This document shows positions 25,487 through 35,781 of a stretch of 60,174 nt of DNA, one piece after another. Position numbers and translations under genes: made by a program. The notes beneath the pieces were generated by a model. The model made no database searches, was not told where the DNA came from, and saw only the letters and a list, made by a program, of their open reading frames with translations. This DNA comes from a virus (lineage: Duplodnaviria; Caudoviricetes): the IMG/VR virus record IMGVR_UViG_3300007276_005408, positions 1 to 60,174 of that record; one strand, 5' to 3'. Within the stretch, counting starts at the first letter, position 1. Each line of letters begins with the position of its first letter.

Positions 25487-26047
25487 TTATGCTTTTGGTT
25501 TTCCGTCATCATTTTTCTTTTCTATATCAACTCTCATTATACACTCTGATAATAAGATAGATTGTAAATCATTACACTCATCGTAAAACTCATCTATCAA
25601 TTCATCGTAATCTGTACCATCTTCTTCACATTCTTCTTCAAATGGTCTTTCAGGACCATCAGCATCTTCTTCCCAGTGAAATCCATTCTTACTACCATAA
25701 CCAGCAAACCAAAAGTCATCCGATTCTTCGTCTCCGACAAAAGACATACAAGCCTCGCTATCCATAGCTTGTATAACTGAATTGAGTTCTTCTAAGAATC
25801 CTACTGCTGGTGACCAAGCCGAACAAAAGTTTATATAAGTTTCATCTTCTCCAAAATCACAGTCTTCTATAATAACCCACTTAGAACCTACAACATCTGT
25901 GCTATATTTGAAGTCCTTACCAAACACTGGTTCTACGACACCTTTTACATCATCATATGATAAAGCACCCCACCACTTTTCTAATGTCTGATGAAGCTCT
26001 GGTTTATTTGAATTTATTGTTACTCTTTGCCATACATGATTAGCCAT
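25487..26047 (-). CDS. DUF1281/YubB-like acidic protein
   Basis: MANH start and FCSAWSP motif. Confidence 0.6.
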   Translation of the reverse strand: MANHVWQRVTINSNKPELHQTLEKWWGALSYDDVKGVVEPVFGKDFKYSTDVVGSKWVIIEDCDFGEDETYINFCSAWSPAVGFLEELNSVIQAMDSEACMSFVGDEESDDFWFAGYGSKNGFHWEEDADGPERPFEEECEEDGTDYDELIDEFYDECNDLQSILLSECIMRVDIEKKNDDGKPKA

Positions 26048-26048
26048 T

Positions 26049-26228
26049 TTATTCCTCTTCTTCTTTTTCTAAAAATTCTGAATTTTGATGTACATATATA
26101 AGACTACCAGTCTCTTCTGATGGAGGAGGATTTATCTCATAATCTAGTTTCATTTGGATAGCCTCAGCTTCTATTTCCAATGTTATTTGTTCTAATTCTT
26201 TTTCTTGTTCTTTAGTTAGTTTTGTCAT
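26049..26228 (-). CDS. small acidic protein (59 aa)
   Basis: Hand-translated ORF, ATGA-coupled. Confidence 0.55.
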   Translation of the reverse strand: MTKLTKEQEKELEQITLEIEAEAIQMKLDYEINPPPSEETGSLIYVHQNSEFLEKEEEE

Positions 26229-26899
26229 TTCTTTTCTCTCCCAAAGGCTCCACCTGAAAACACCGAATAAGCACCATATATAAATTTTCTATCCGACTTG
26301 GTGTTCGATTGTAATGAAACCGAATGATATGAATTCGGTGTTGATAAAAAGAAAATTGCTCTATTCTTTTTTGCTTCTATTACATTGTGTACAGGTTGTT
26401 GTTTGTCCCAAATTTGTCTTGGCAACTCAATCATATCATCTGATGAATGGATTAGAAAATCTCCACCATCCCAATCTTTGTCACTAAAAAATATCAAGAA
26501 CCCTAAAATTCTTTTTGGCATGTCTCTGTGTATCTCCCTTACATATCCATCTCTAGCAACAGACCAGTCCATATCTAAGTAACAATCCTTTCCAACTTCA
26601 GCATCTACATTACCTTGCCAATATTCTATATATTCTTTATAATAATTCATAAATGTACTAAACACATCATTCCCACGCATAAACCCATAAAACTCTTTCC
26701 AAGTTGGAGAACCAGCGGCCCAAGTATCAAAATTGAGATGTTCTTCATCCATTTTTTGTCTACCACCCATTACATTTTCACTGTATATATCTGGAAACTC
26801 TGTCACTAACTTATCAAGAGTATATTTATCAAAACATTCTTCTACTACCATATGTGGATATGGGTATTCAAATGATTTTCCGTTGGAAAAATCAATCAT
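26225..26899 (-). CDS. 2OG-Fe(II) oxygenase
   Basis: HRD, WDGGDF, HSV and distal R motifs. Confidence 0.85.
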   Translation of the reverse strand: MIDFSNGKSFEYPYPHMVVEECFDKYTLDKLVTEFPDIYSENVMGGRQKMDEEHLNFDTWAAGSPTWKEFYGFMRGNDVFSTFMNYYKEYIEYWQGNVDAEVGKDCYLDMDWSVARDGYVREIHRDMPKRILGFLIFFSDKDWDGGDFLIHSSDDMIELPRQIWDKQQPVHNVIEAKKNRAIFFLSTPNSYHSVSLQSNTKSDRKFIYGAYSVFSGGAFGREKK

Positions 26900-27159
26900 T
26901 AGTGATCAAATCCCTCATCAGGTTCTATTGGTTCTTCTTTCCACCATTGATATTGTTTCAAACTATTCTTCTGATTCAACTCAAATTGTAATTCATAGTC
27001 TTTCTTTTTCACTATTCTCCAAATCTTATGAAACTCTTGTTTCATATCCACCATTTTCTTTCTACCTATAAAATAATGTTCAGCTCCACCAGGTGTTACT
27101 GAATCTATTTTATCTATTATATCATCTGTATAATTGTCAATCAAATAATACATAGCCAT
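26899..27159 (-). CDS. hypothetical protein
   Basis: 86 aa ORF with AGGAGA RBS. Confidence 0.7.
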   Translation of the reverse strand: MAMYYLIDNYTDDIIDKIDSVTPGGAEHYFIGRKKMVDMKQEFHKIWRIVKKKDYELQFELNQKNSLKQYQWWKEEPIEPDEGFDH

Positions 27160-27169
27160 CGCGTTTCTC

Positions 27170-27820
27170 CTAATCTAATACAATACTAAACTCTCCATTT
27201 GTTTCTTCTAGCTTCCAATCATCGAAGTATGTATATCCAATAGTTACAGTATCACCTCTCATTGATTTTACTGGAGCAAACATAGTGTTTACTTCTCCAT
27301 GCATATCCGAATAAGAAGCACTGTTCACTACAGGCACTTCAAATCCATTGAACCAAGTTACATATGTGGTATCATATCCAATATACCAAAGGTCTTCTGA
27401 ACCAGTAGTCTGTACCATATACCCAAGCGTATCTCCAATCGTCCAATAGTGATTAGAATGCCACGAAAACTTTATTACATTTACACCGATTGAGTCTCTA
27501 GTAGCAACACCAGTCAATCTATGTAATGTTTGCCAATTAGTAGTGTCTATTGGCAAATGGTAATATCCATTACCATCTAAATCTATATCGGATAAGAAAC
27601 TAAATAATACTGATGAAAGAGTGTCTTCAGCATTTATTGTTGTGTCTCTATCTTCTCCATGCACATGCACATCAGGTTCATAAGGTTCCCATTCATTAGA
27701 ATAACCTAATGGACTTGTTAGTTCAGAATCTCCACACCCTATAATACTAAATGCGCTTAGGGTGATTAGAGTACTTATTATCTTTTTTCCGATACCCAAA
27801 TTCTTTAGATGTATTTTCAT
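27170..27820 (-). CDS. putative lipoprotein
   Basis: Signal with lipobox-like IIGC; beta-rich mature domain. Confidence 0.65.
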   Translation of the reverse strand: MKIHLKNLGIGKKIISTLITLSAFSIIGCGDSELTSPLGYSNEWEPYEPDVHVHGEDRDTTINAEDTLSSVLFSFLSDIDLDGNGYYHLPIDTTNWQTLHRLTGVATRDSIGVNVIKFSWHSNHYWTIGDTLGYMVQTTGSEDLWYIGYDTTYVTWFNGFEVPVVNSASYSDMHGEVNTMFAPVKSMRGDTVTIGYTYFDDWKLEETNGEFSIVLD

Positions 27821-27935
27821 CTTTACTCCATTCCTTTTTCTTTTTTATTGGTTTTTTCTTTGGTTTGATTTTATCGTTATAAGCTTGTTCTTCAAGCTCA
27901 TCATAATAATCGTATTTTCCCATCATTCACTCCTA

Positions 27936-27964
27936 AAGCTACGAATAATTGTGCTAATTGTCAA
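27936..27964 (-). promoter_or_regulatory. class A promoter TTGACA-N17-TAGCTT
   Basis: Repeat copy with TTAGCA in spacer. Confidence 0.75.
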
Positions 27965-28196
27965 GGATTATTTTCCATTCTTTTACAGTATCTAAGAACT
28001 CTGTAACAGTGTAAGATTTCTTTTTCTCATCTATTATACTTACACTACCAAGCGCTTCAGGCTCTTTTTGTATTATGTAATTCAATGCTGTAAATCCGTT
28101 GCCTGTATAAAATTTCCCAAAGGATTCTTCTCCTAAGATGTTCTCATCCCACAAATCTTCTGGTATACTATTGTCCATTATTATATAATATGTCAT
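27954..28196 (-). CDS. hypothetical protein, probably leaderless
   Basis: ATG 3 nt after TACTTATA (28200..28207). Confidence 0.7.
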   Translation of the reverse strand: MTYYIIMDNSIPEDLWDENILGEESFGKFYTGNGFTALNYIIQKEPEALGSVSIIDEKKKSYTVTEFLDTVKEWKIILDN

Positions 28197-28212
28197 ATAT
28201 ATAAGTATATAT

Positions 28213-29409
28213 TTATTTCACTAAAATCAAATCTTTTTCATATGAGTCAAGTGAACTTATATAAAATTTGAATACTTCTAATTCAAACTCTCCAATATCT
28301 CCACTATCTTTTAGTATATTTGCCAGATTGGTTATAACCTGAAAGTTTTCTTGAGTCAAATCTCTACAATCAAACTCAACACATATATCATGCAACTCTG
28401 ATATTTTACTGTTACCATATAACTTTATCCTCTCTCCCAAATTATATGTTGTATTTGGTTGTTCTTCTCTTATGTATTCTGACATACAATCTGAGTCTTG
28501 TAAATCCAAATATATTTTATCACAGAAAGGTTCTAACTCTTTTAGTAAATTTACTGTACAATTGTAAGCTACAAAACCTATATCATACTTAGGTGATACC
28601 ACTGGTTTCATATATTGATCATGTTGTACCATTGTTCCCCACTTACGAATAAAGTTTCTCATATTCTTTGTGGTGGTATGTATCCACTCTGGACTATCTT
28701 TGCCTGGTGCTCCACCTGATGATGGATTGAACCTACTACCTCTACTTGTCATGTGATATACAAGTCCTCTCCAAGTCTGTATGAACTCCAATCCTAAAAG
28801 ATGAAATCGATTGAATATATCAGAGTCCTCTTTTGATTGTGGAGCAAATAATTTATCATGACCACCAGTCTTCCAATAGTCTTCTTTGTATATAGCCCAA
28901 GGTGCAAATATTCCTTCTGTGTCTCCGTTCTGATGTGGATTCTCTTCTACAAATTGAAGTAATCCTAGCTCATCAAACTCTTCAGGTTCTATTCCAAAGT
29001 CCTTTACTATTTTCTCAGGACCTCCAGGATGAAGAGGTGGTTCTATTCTTGTAGCACTCACCACAGTCCCTTTCTCTATCTTCTTTAGAACCTCAGTATC
29101 TAAGTTAGGACAAGCATACATATCTGCGTGAAAAAACATAACTATATCGTTACTGGCTTTCTCACATAAAAAGTCATACCAATAAACAATACCCTTTCTC
29201 TCAGGTCCTTTGTTTCTGAATATTTGTACATTAGGGTCTTTCTTTTTTATAGTCTGTAACCACTTCCAAGTACCATCATCTGAGAAATCATCTCCGAACA
29301 TTATTTCGTGTCTGTAACCTAAGTTCTTTCTGATACTATTGTAAGACCACTCTAAATATTTTAGATTGTTTCTACTTGGTTGTATAAAACTAATGGTTTT
29401 TTGCGACAT
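28213..29409 (-). CDS. GT2-family glycosyltransferase
   Basis: DDFSDDGT, HADM, GGHD, EDSD and VYH motifs. Confidence 0.9.
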   Translation of the reverse strand: MSQKTISFIQPSRNNLKYLEWSYNSIRKNLGYRHEIMFGDDFSDDGTWKWLQTIKKKDPNVQIFRNKGPERKGIVYWYDFLCEKASNDIVMFFHADMYACPNLDTEVLKKIEKGTVVSATRIEPPLHPGGPEKIVKDFGIEPEEFDELGLLQFVEENPHQNGDTEGIFAPWAIYKEDYWKTGGHDKLFAPQSKEDSDIFNRFHLLGLEFIQTWRGLVYHMTSRGSRFNPSSGGAPGKDSPEWIHTTTKNMRNFIRKWGTMVQHDQYMKPVVSPKYDIGFVAYNCTVNLLKELEPFCDKIYLDLQDSDCMSEYIREEQPNTTYNLGERIKLYGNSKISELHDICVEFDCRDLTQENFQVITNLANILKDSGDIGEFELEVFKFYISSLDSYEKDLILVK

Positions 29410-30280
29410 AATTATCCTTTATATATTCTATAATATCTACAGTTGGATTCCATCCTAATAATTCTTTTGCTTTAGTATCGGTGTTTAGTGTTTCTCTAGC
29501 TTCGCCAGGCCACGCATCAATGTATTCCAATGAATAGAACTGACCAAAGGCACCAGCTATATCATTGATAGAATAATTCTTACCTCTACCCAACTCTATT
29601 TCTTCTGCTTCGTATCTCATATCTACAGCACCATGCATAGCTTCCATCGACTTTACTATACCATCAACTATGTCACCTACATAAGTAAAATCTCTTCTCT
29701 GCTCTCCGTCACCTGTAATAGTTAATGGCTTACCTTCAGTATAAAGTCTTTCAAAAATACCTAATACATTACAATAAGCACCCTCTGTCGCTTGATGTTC
29801 CCCATATACATTATAGAACCTCGTTATTATTGTTGGCACATCATATATTTTGGAATACATTTTGATTACTTCTTCACCTAACCATTTTGTAAAGGTGTAT
29901 GGGTTAGCATATTTATCTCCATGCGTTGATGATGAGCCAGCATATACCAAAGGACAACCCAATCCTCTTACCCATTCCATAACAGATTGTGTTCCTAAAG
30001 AGTTAGCTTCAAAACTCAATGATGGGTGGTCGAATGATGGTTGTATCCTAGCTAAAGCTGCTAAATGAAATACACCATCCACATTATCAGGCATATCTGA
30101 ATACATATCGATATTACTGATGTCCATTTCTGTATAATTTACATTTTCATCCTCAATATGATTCTCTTTTTTACCAGTAGAATAGTTATCCAAACTGAAA
30201 ACTTTATGACCATCTGATAATAGTCTTTTTATTAGATTAGTACCAACAAATCCAGCACCACCCGTTACTACAAAATTCAT
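29390..30280 (-). CDS. NAD-dependent nucleotide-sugar epimerase/dehydratase
   Basis: TGGAGFVG, HLAA, YTFTK (YxxxK), RFYNVYG and RDFTYV. Confidence 0.95.
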   Translation of the reverse strand: MNFVVTGGAGFVGTNLIKRLLSDGHKVFSLDNYSTGKKENHIEDENVNYTEMDISNIDMYSDMPDNVDGVFHLAALARIQPSFDHPSLSFEANSLGTQSVMEWVRGLGCPLVYAGSSSTHGDKYANPYTFTKWLGEEVIKMYSKIYDVPTIITRFYNVYGEHQATEGAYCNVLGIFERLYTEGKPLTITGDGEQRRDFTYVGDIVDGIVKSMEAMHGAVDMRYEAEEIELGRGKNYSINDIAGAFGQFYSLEYIDAWPGEARETLNTDTKAKELLGWNPTVDIIEYIKDNYVAKNH

Positions 30281-30918
30281 CCTATTCTCCTATATATTCC
30301 TATGCCACAAGTATTCTCATTACCAGTGACTTTGTAATTGACAGTGTTTTCGAATCCATCAAAATCACACTCTTCAATAAATCTTCTTACGCCTGGCATT
30401 TTATCGTTATCTATATCGTGGAATATAAAATAACCACCCACTTTTACCATCTGTGAATAGAACTCATAATCCTTTTTCACATACTCATAATCGTGGTTTC
30501 CATCACAAAAAACAATATCATATTCAAGACCCAAATTACTTACTTGTCTCTTTACTTTTTCACCAGTTGAGTCTCCTATAATAAATACTGTCCCATCTTT
30601 AAAAGATAGGTTTCCTACAAGAGATTTTTCTACATTTGGGCATAATAAAGCATCCACTATTACATTATTGTCTATGTTCAAATTGTTCCAAAACATAGTA
30701 TTAGTTAGATTTGAAGCAGTCCCTATCTCCAAAAAGTTTATTGGCTTTTCTTCAAATTTATCTTGAAAGTAAACTAAAGTACTAGCAAACTCTTCAGGTA
30801 CCTGCATCAGATAATCTCTGTCACCATCGAACAATTTAGTTCCACCATAAGCGACTGGAGCATTAGCCTTTATTATCTCATAAAATTCTCTGTAACTTCC
30901 CACTATAAAGTCTCCCAT
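30277..30918 (-). CDS. SAM-dependent methyltransferase (Methyltransf_24-like)
   Basis: LEIGT, IGDS, CDGNHDYE and GGYFIFHD. Confidence 0.9.
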   Translation of the reverse strand: MGDFIVGSYREFYEIIKANAPVAYGGTKLFDGDRDYLMQVPEEFASTLVYFQDKFEEKPINFLEIGTASNLTNTMFWNNLNIDNNVIVDALLCPNVEKSLVGNLSFKDGTVFIIGDSTGEKVKRQVSNLGLEYDIVFCDGNHDYEYVKKDYEFYSQMVKVGGYFIFHDIDNDKMPGVRRFIEECDFDGFENTVNYKVTGNENTCGIGIYRRIG

Positions 30919-31838
30919 ATTTTTTTCATATAGTGATGGAATGTTTTTTCACTATAAGTAGATTCATATAATTCCTTTGTTTCAGCTGAACAACTATTAT
31001 AAAATCCTTTATCATATTTTAGTCTTTTAGCAATAGATTTAGCAGCACCTATGTCACCGACAGCAACAGTTGTTTTTGGATGGCAAATATTTTGTGTTCT
31101 GAAAGTCTCTATACCAATACAAGGTATACCTAAATAAGAACAATTCAGATTGAACGTACCAGCGCCAGGCTCACCTAAATGTACAGCATATTTATTCTTT
31201 GATAGCTCATACATCCAAGTCAACCAATCTACCCACTCTAAATGTGCTATATCCATACCTCTCTCTTCAGGTTTCATTCTACCAGTAACAGGCGCTCTCA
31301 AATCTTCTGATAATACCTTACCAACTACATAATCATCAAATCCTCTATAAATACTGACGAAATTTCCACCTAACATAACACTTTCTGTTTTTTCTTCTGA
31401 TACTTTTACTTCGTCTGTAATCATAAGTGTTGGTAGATACTCACATCTAACATCTAAAAGACCCTCATAATATTTCTTATCTATCTCATTGTGACAAAAT
31501 ATTACATCCATCTCTACCAAAGTATTGAAATACCATATTTGGTCTTCAATTTCTCCATCTTGCCAATAATAAAATGTACTCTCTTGCATTACTGATACCC
31601 TCTTGCACACTCTACGATAATGCTCTATCAATGAAAACTCTCTCAACTTATCTTTATGTTGTTTAGGTATTATAAGAATACCCAAATCATAAGAGTTATC
31701 TGGCAAAGTACTAAGTTCATACCAATGGTGATGTGTGGCATTTAGTGAACATACCCAAGCTAAATCAGTTCTCATATTTGGATGATTTCTTGGTGGTGTT
31801 CCACTATAACCAGCTTCTGTAAAGAATCCTATTTTCAT
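30903..31838 (-). CDS. putative GT-B glycosyltransferase
   Basis: MKIGFF start and C-terminal AGTFNLNCSYLGIPCIG pattern; genomic context. Confidence 0.55.
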   Translation of the reverse strand: MKIGFFTEAGYSGTPPRNHPNMRTDLAWVCSLNATHHHWYELSTLPDNSYDLGILIIPKQHKDKLREFSLIEHYRRVCKRVSVMQESTFYYWQDGEIEDQIWYFNTLVEMDVIFCHNEIDKKYYEGLLDVRCEYLPTLMITDEVKVSEEKTESVMLGGNFVSIYRGFDDYVVGKVLSEDLRAPVTGRMKPEERGMDIAHLEWVDWLTWMYELSKNKYAVHLGEPGAGTFNLNCSYLGIPCIGIETFRTQNICHPKTTVAVGDIGAAKSIAKRLKYDKGFYNSCSAETKELYESTYSEKTFHHYMKKIWETL

Positions 31839-32467
31839 CTTATAAACATTCTCTCTATTCTAAAGTGTTCAACTAACTCAAACCCAAACTTCAAACCATT
31901 GTAATTAGTATGAAATGCTCTTAGACTTTTGTCCATAAAATATGATTTGTCTTTTTGTGATGTAAAGTTCTGTAACATCTTGAGCTTCTCTTCACCAGCA
32001 AAGTATTTATCTAACCCTATATAGACATTAGGTTTCCAATCCTCTAATGTACTTGGTGTTTTATATGTAACCAGTCCAGTAGAACAATTCCTAATCAATG
32101 CCCAAGCTATATTATTAGCAATCCTATGTTCAAAATGAGAGTCTATATTTGGCGTAGTCATAATAATATCATAATCACTTATAGTATATTTTGACTCAAC
32201 TAAATTTATCCACGCATCTTCTGTTTTATCTTTTATATGTGAACCATTTACAAATTTACCATTGATATTCAGATACTCATCCCATATCTTCTGACACTCC
32301 CCATTTCTACCATCACCACTTGTGTCGTCAAAGTCGCCACCACTTGACATTACAGCAACATCAAAGTTTGTATCTTTATTTAGAATCATAGTACCTAACA
32401 TACCATATTCAGCATCATCAGGATGTGCTGAAAGACATAATACTTTTTTACAATCTAAGAATTTCAT
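31835..32467 (-). CDS. PIG-L/LmbE-family N-deacetylase
   Basis: AHPDDAE and DSHFEH motifs. Confidence 0.9.
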   Translation of the reverse strand: MKFLDCKKVLCLSAHPDDAEYGMLGTMILNKDTNFDVAVMSSGGDFDDTSGDGRNGECQKIWDEYLNINGKFVNGSHIKDKTEDAWINLVESKYTISDYDIIMTTPNIDSHFEHRIANNIAWALIRNCSTGLVTYKTPSTLEDWKPNVYIGLDKYFAGEEKLKMLQNFTSQKDKSYFMDKSLRAFHTNYNGLKFGFELVEHFRIERMFIR

Positions 32468-33366
32468 ATAACTATCTCATCGAAATGTCTAATAACTTTT
32501 ATTGGTTTGGGCTCATTAATAAGTATCTCTTTATTTTCCAAAATACCAATAATTATTTCAACAAAATTTACACCAGCTAATGTTGTAAAATATGTACCAC
32601 CACCAAATCTTGGATTGACTTCTATAAACTTTGGAACCCCATTTTCATCCTCTTTCAATTGAATACACACAGGACCTTTGAGTCCCAAAAAGTTACACAT
32701 TCTCATACACTCATTTTCTATATATTCATCTCTTACTATCTCTCCTTGCGTTGATATACCAGCCTTTGTCTGTAATCTCTTTCTAACAACTGCTACATAA
32801 CCACATAACACATCGACAGTGTATTCTTGACCTGGCAAATAGTCTGAATAAATATATTCTACATCACTATGATATGTTGATAGGTATTGATGTACATCCT
32901 CACAATGAAACACTCCTCTACTGCCACCCAACTCGTATCTTGGTCTAGCAATACTATTTTTGAAATTCATATTTTCATTAGACCAAGTCTTCGGTAAATC
33001 AAAATCATCTTTTACTTTTTTGTAAAACTCCCACTTATCATTACATAGTTTTATCGTATCAGAATTAGACATAAAGACATTTGTAATATCTGATAGAGAT
33101 TCGAACTTATCTATCTCCATATTACCAGTAGGTAATAAAACATCTACCTTTTCTTTCTCTATTATTTTTCTGATTGTGGGTATGAAATCTTCATCCGTAC
33201 TTTTGGGGACAATATATTTTGAATTTGCCAGGCAAAGACCAACAGAGTCTTCTGTTATATCCGTAGCAATAATTTTATGAGATGTACCTAACCTATCGTA
33301 ATTATTCAATGATTTTATAACTCCGATAGCAGCTGGTCCTCCAGCAGAAGTTACCATTATCTTCAA
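32464..33366 (-). CDS. ATP-grasp ligase (CarB-like)
   Basis: CNDKW, GSRGV, EYTVD and FIEVNPRFGG. Confidence 0.9.
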   Translation of the reverse strand: MKIMVTSAGGPAAIGVIKSLNNYDRLGTSHKIIATDITEDSVGLCLANSKYIVPKSTDEDFIPTIRKIIEKEKVDVLLPTGNMEIDKFESLSDITNVFMSNSDTIKLCNDKWEFYKKVKDDFDLPKTWSNENMNFKNSIARPRYELGGSRGVFHCEDVHQYLSTYHSDVEYIYSDYLPGQEYTVDVLCGYVAVVRKRLQTKAGISTQGEIVRDEYIENECMRMCNFLGLKGPVCIQLKEDENGVPKFIEVNPRFGGGTYFTTLAGVNFVEIIIGILENKEILINEPKPIKVIRHFDEIVI

Positions 33367-34139
33367 TTTTTATACAACTCCTCGTAAGTTCTTTTTATCC
33401 AATACTTTTGGTCTCTTTCTTTTGGATTTGGTGGTATAGCATTAAAGTGATACACCCATCCAGCATTTGTATAATGAAGTTCATCCTTCATCCAAAACTG
33501 CGCCTCCTCATCCAATACAATCAGATTCTTTCTCCATACATCTTGTAGGTTATAGCAAGGTGGTAAAATCTTTACATCTACATTATGTCTATCTAACATA
33601 TAGTTCAGTATTGTTTGGTCTGTGCCTGCCTGTACTTCAGCAATTACTTTTCTTATGTTTTCCGCATCACCTTCATAGTATTTTTTCATCTCATCGAAAA
33701 ACCATCTATGTTCTTTGTTGACTATCTGAAAACCACCATTGATATATTTATGTGGCATTATTCTATGTCCATCAAATAACTTATCTCCAAAGTCTCTGAT
33801 ACTTCTAGTAACCCACTCATAGCAACCATCATTCATAACCCCACAATACTTACCATCTGATTCTTCGAAGAAGTTAGGACAATCAGGATGAACAATCGTA
33901 TCAGCATCTACCATCAGTATTTGATTATACTCTATTTCATTTTCTTCTAAGAAGTCAAATAGATAATACCTTTGCCAAGTTATTTTCATATAGTCTACTG
34001 GAAAGAGTAAATCTTCCCATACTAGTAATTCACAATTATTCTTATCACAAAAATATTTCCAGCTATCAACTGAATATTGATAAGAATCATTTCTACCATC
34101 ACCCATTTTTATATTGGGTATGAAAACTATATTCTTCAT
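33363..34139 (-). CDS. GT8-like glycosyltransferase
   Basis: TWQRY, VDADT, YINGG, DQTILN and HFN. Confidence 0.85.
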   Translation of the reverse strand: MKNIVFIPNIKMGDGRNDSYQYSVDSWKYFCDKNNCELLVWEDLLFPVDYMKITWQRYYLFDFLEENEIEYNQILMVDADTIVHPDCPNFFEESDGKYCGVMNDGCYEWVTRSIRDFGDKLFDGHRIMPHKYINGGFQIVNKEHRWFFDEMKKYYEGDAENIRKVIAEVQAGTDQTILNYMLDRHNVDVKILPPCYNLQDVWRKNLIVLDEEAQFWMKDELHYTNAGWVYHFNAIPPNPKERDQKYWIKRTYEELYKN

Positions 34140-34143
34140 TCCT

Positions 34144-35001
34144 CTATATCAATTCCATAATTTCATCAACAGTAAATCTTTCAGCATCCTCTGAAGAAAG
34201 TCCATCTGCTAATATCTTTTCATGCAAATTCTCACCTTTTCCTAAACCAATAACTTCTGGTTTTATATCTTTGTCCTTTGCGTATTTGTTTATCATCGCT
34301 TGTAATAAATCTCCCATTTCCATAGCCTTCATATCAGGAACATATGGTAATGAATTTTCAGCCTTCAACATACAATCCCATATCAAGTCAACTGCTTGAT
34401 CGATAGTCCAAAAGAATCTTGTAGCTTTTGGTTCTGTAATTATCGGTGTCTGTCCCTTTTTCAACAAATCTCTCCATTTAGGTAAGACCGAACCAGTAGA
34501 ATACAATACATTACCATACCTAACAATTCTAAATTGGGTATCAGGATAGTTTGTTTCAAATTGTCTATACAATGCTTCCATCAAAAACTTAGAAGCACCA
34601 TACACACCTGACACTATCGCTGCTTTATCTGTACTAATTCCTACATTGAAATCTAAGTCATACTCAGCAGTTAGTTCTAATAGATTCAATGAACCAATGG
34701 TGTTAGACCTAATACATTCACGACTCTGTGTTTCAGCAATACCCACGTGTTTGAAAGCAGCTAAATGAAATATCCCATCTACCATCCTAACTGCCTGTTC
34801 ACAGTCAAATTTATCAGCAATATCTCCAGTCAAAAACTCTACATAAGGTAGGTCTTGTTTTAACTGAATCAACTTTCCTTCATCTCTAGCAATAGTAAGA
34901 ATATTACCACCTTGTTCGTGTATTCTCTCAATGGTTTTCTTACCAAGAAATCCACTACCACCAGTTACCAAATATGTTTTACCTCTATCTATTGTAATCA
35001 T
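34144..35001 (-). CDS. UDP-GlcNAc 4,6-dehydratase-like protein (PseB/FlaA1/CapD family)
   Basis: TGGSGFLG, AAFKHV, STDKA, YGASK, RYGNV, TRF and GENLHE. Confidence 0.9.
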   Translation of the reverse strand: MITIDRGKTYLVTGGSGFLGKKTIERIHEQGGNILTIARDEGKLIQLKQDLPYVEFLTGDIADKFDCEQAVRMVDGIFHLAAFKHVGIAETQSRECIRSNTIGSLNLLELTAEYDLDFNVGISTDKAAIVSGVYGASKFLMEALYRQFETNYPDTQFRIVRYGNVLYSTGSVLPKWRDLLKKGQTPIITEPKATRFFWTIDQAVDLIWDCMLKAENSLPYVPDMKAMEMGDLLQAMINKYAKDKDIKPEVIGLGKGENLHEKILADGLSSEDAERFTVDEIMELI

Positions 35002-35010
35002 TTTTTTCTC

Positions 35011-35781
35011 CTAATAATCACTAAGTTTTAATCTGTTTACTCCGATTTCATTTACCAAATCGTAATTTTCTTCTTTAGGCCTCGCCTTATACCAAGCCTT
35101 TGTTCTAGTCTCATTGAATGAGTCCTTACATAACATTGTATACATAAAAACTCTTCTATCTTTATTTACATGTGGTATTCCGTGATTTGAAAATTCTGAG
35201 TTTTCAAATATAACTACCCTATTGAATTTTGGTTCTATCTGTTTCCAACACTCTTTCATATCATCTGTCCAAAGTTCAAGATATCCTGTGTCTTCTGACA
35301 CCCATTCTTTATTCATATAACCAACCACAGTTATTCTTTTCTCTAAGTTTAGATGTGGGTGTAATCTAGCATCACTGTGAACCAATTGGAACCCATCTTT
35401 CTTTATGTATCGTAAACCACTCCATTGTCCAATTTCATTATAATCATCAGGTACTAAATTATCTACACCAGTAACCTTTGTCATCCAATCGACACTTTCT
35501 TGAGTCTGAAACTTTCTGAATACATCGCCCCATTTGCCAGGCATATCTTCTACTTTACTGATACCATAGTTATTTGGTTCAAGCAAATTATCTTTATCAA
35601 ATATTTTATTTCTGAATTTATACCATCTATTATCTTCTACAGGTGGTATGTAATTATATAACTCTTCAGCAAGCTTCTTATTGAAAAAATTATCAACCAC
35701 CACATATCTGTAATGTTTCCATTCATAATTGAACTTTTTGTTCAAATCTTCAAAATTTACTTTTCCTAATATATCCATCAT
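35011..35781 (-). CDS. 2OG-Fe(II) oxygenase
   Basis: HSD, GYLELW, PKFNRVVIF, HG and distal R. Confidence 0.9.
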   Translation of the reverse strand: MMDILGKVNFEDLNKKFNYEWKHYRYVVVDNFFNKKLAEELYNYIPPVEDNRWYKFRNKIFDKDNLLEPNNYGISKVEDMPGKWGDVFRKFQTQESVDWMTKVTGVDNLVPDDYNEIGQWSGLRYIKKDGFQLVHSDARLHPHLNLEKRITVVGYMNKEWVSEDTGYLELWTDDMKECWKQIEPKFNRVVIFENSEFSNHGIPHVNKDRRVFMYTMLCKDSFNETRTKAWYKARPKEENYDLVNEIGVNRLKLSDY

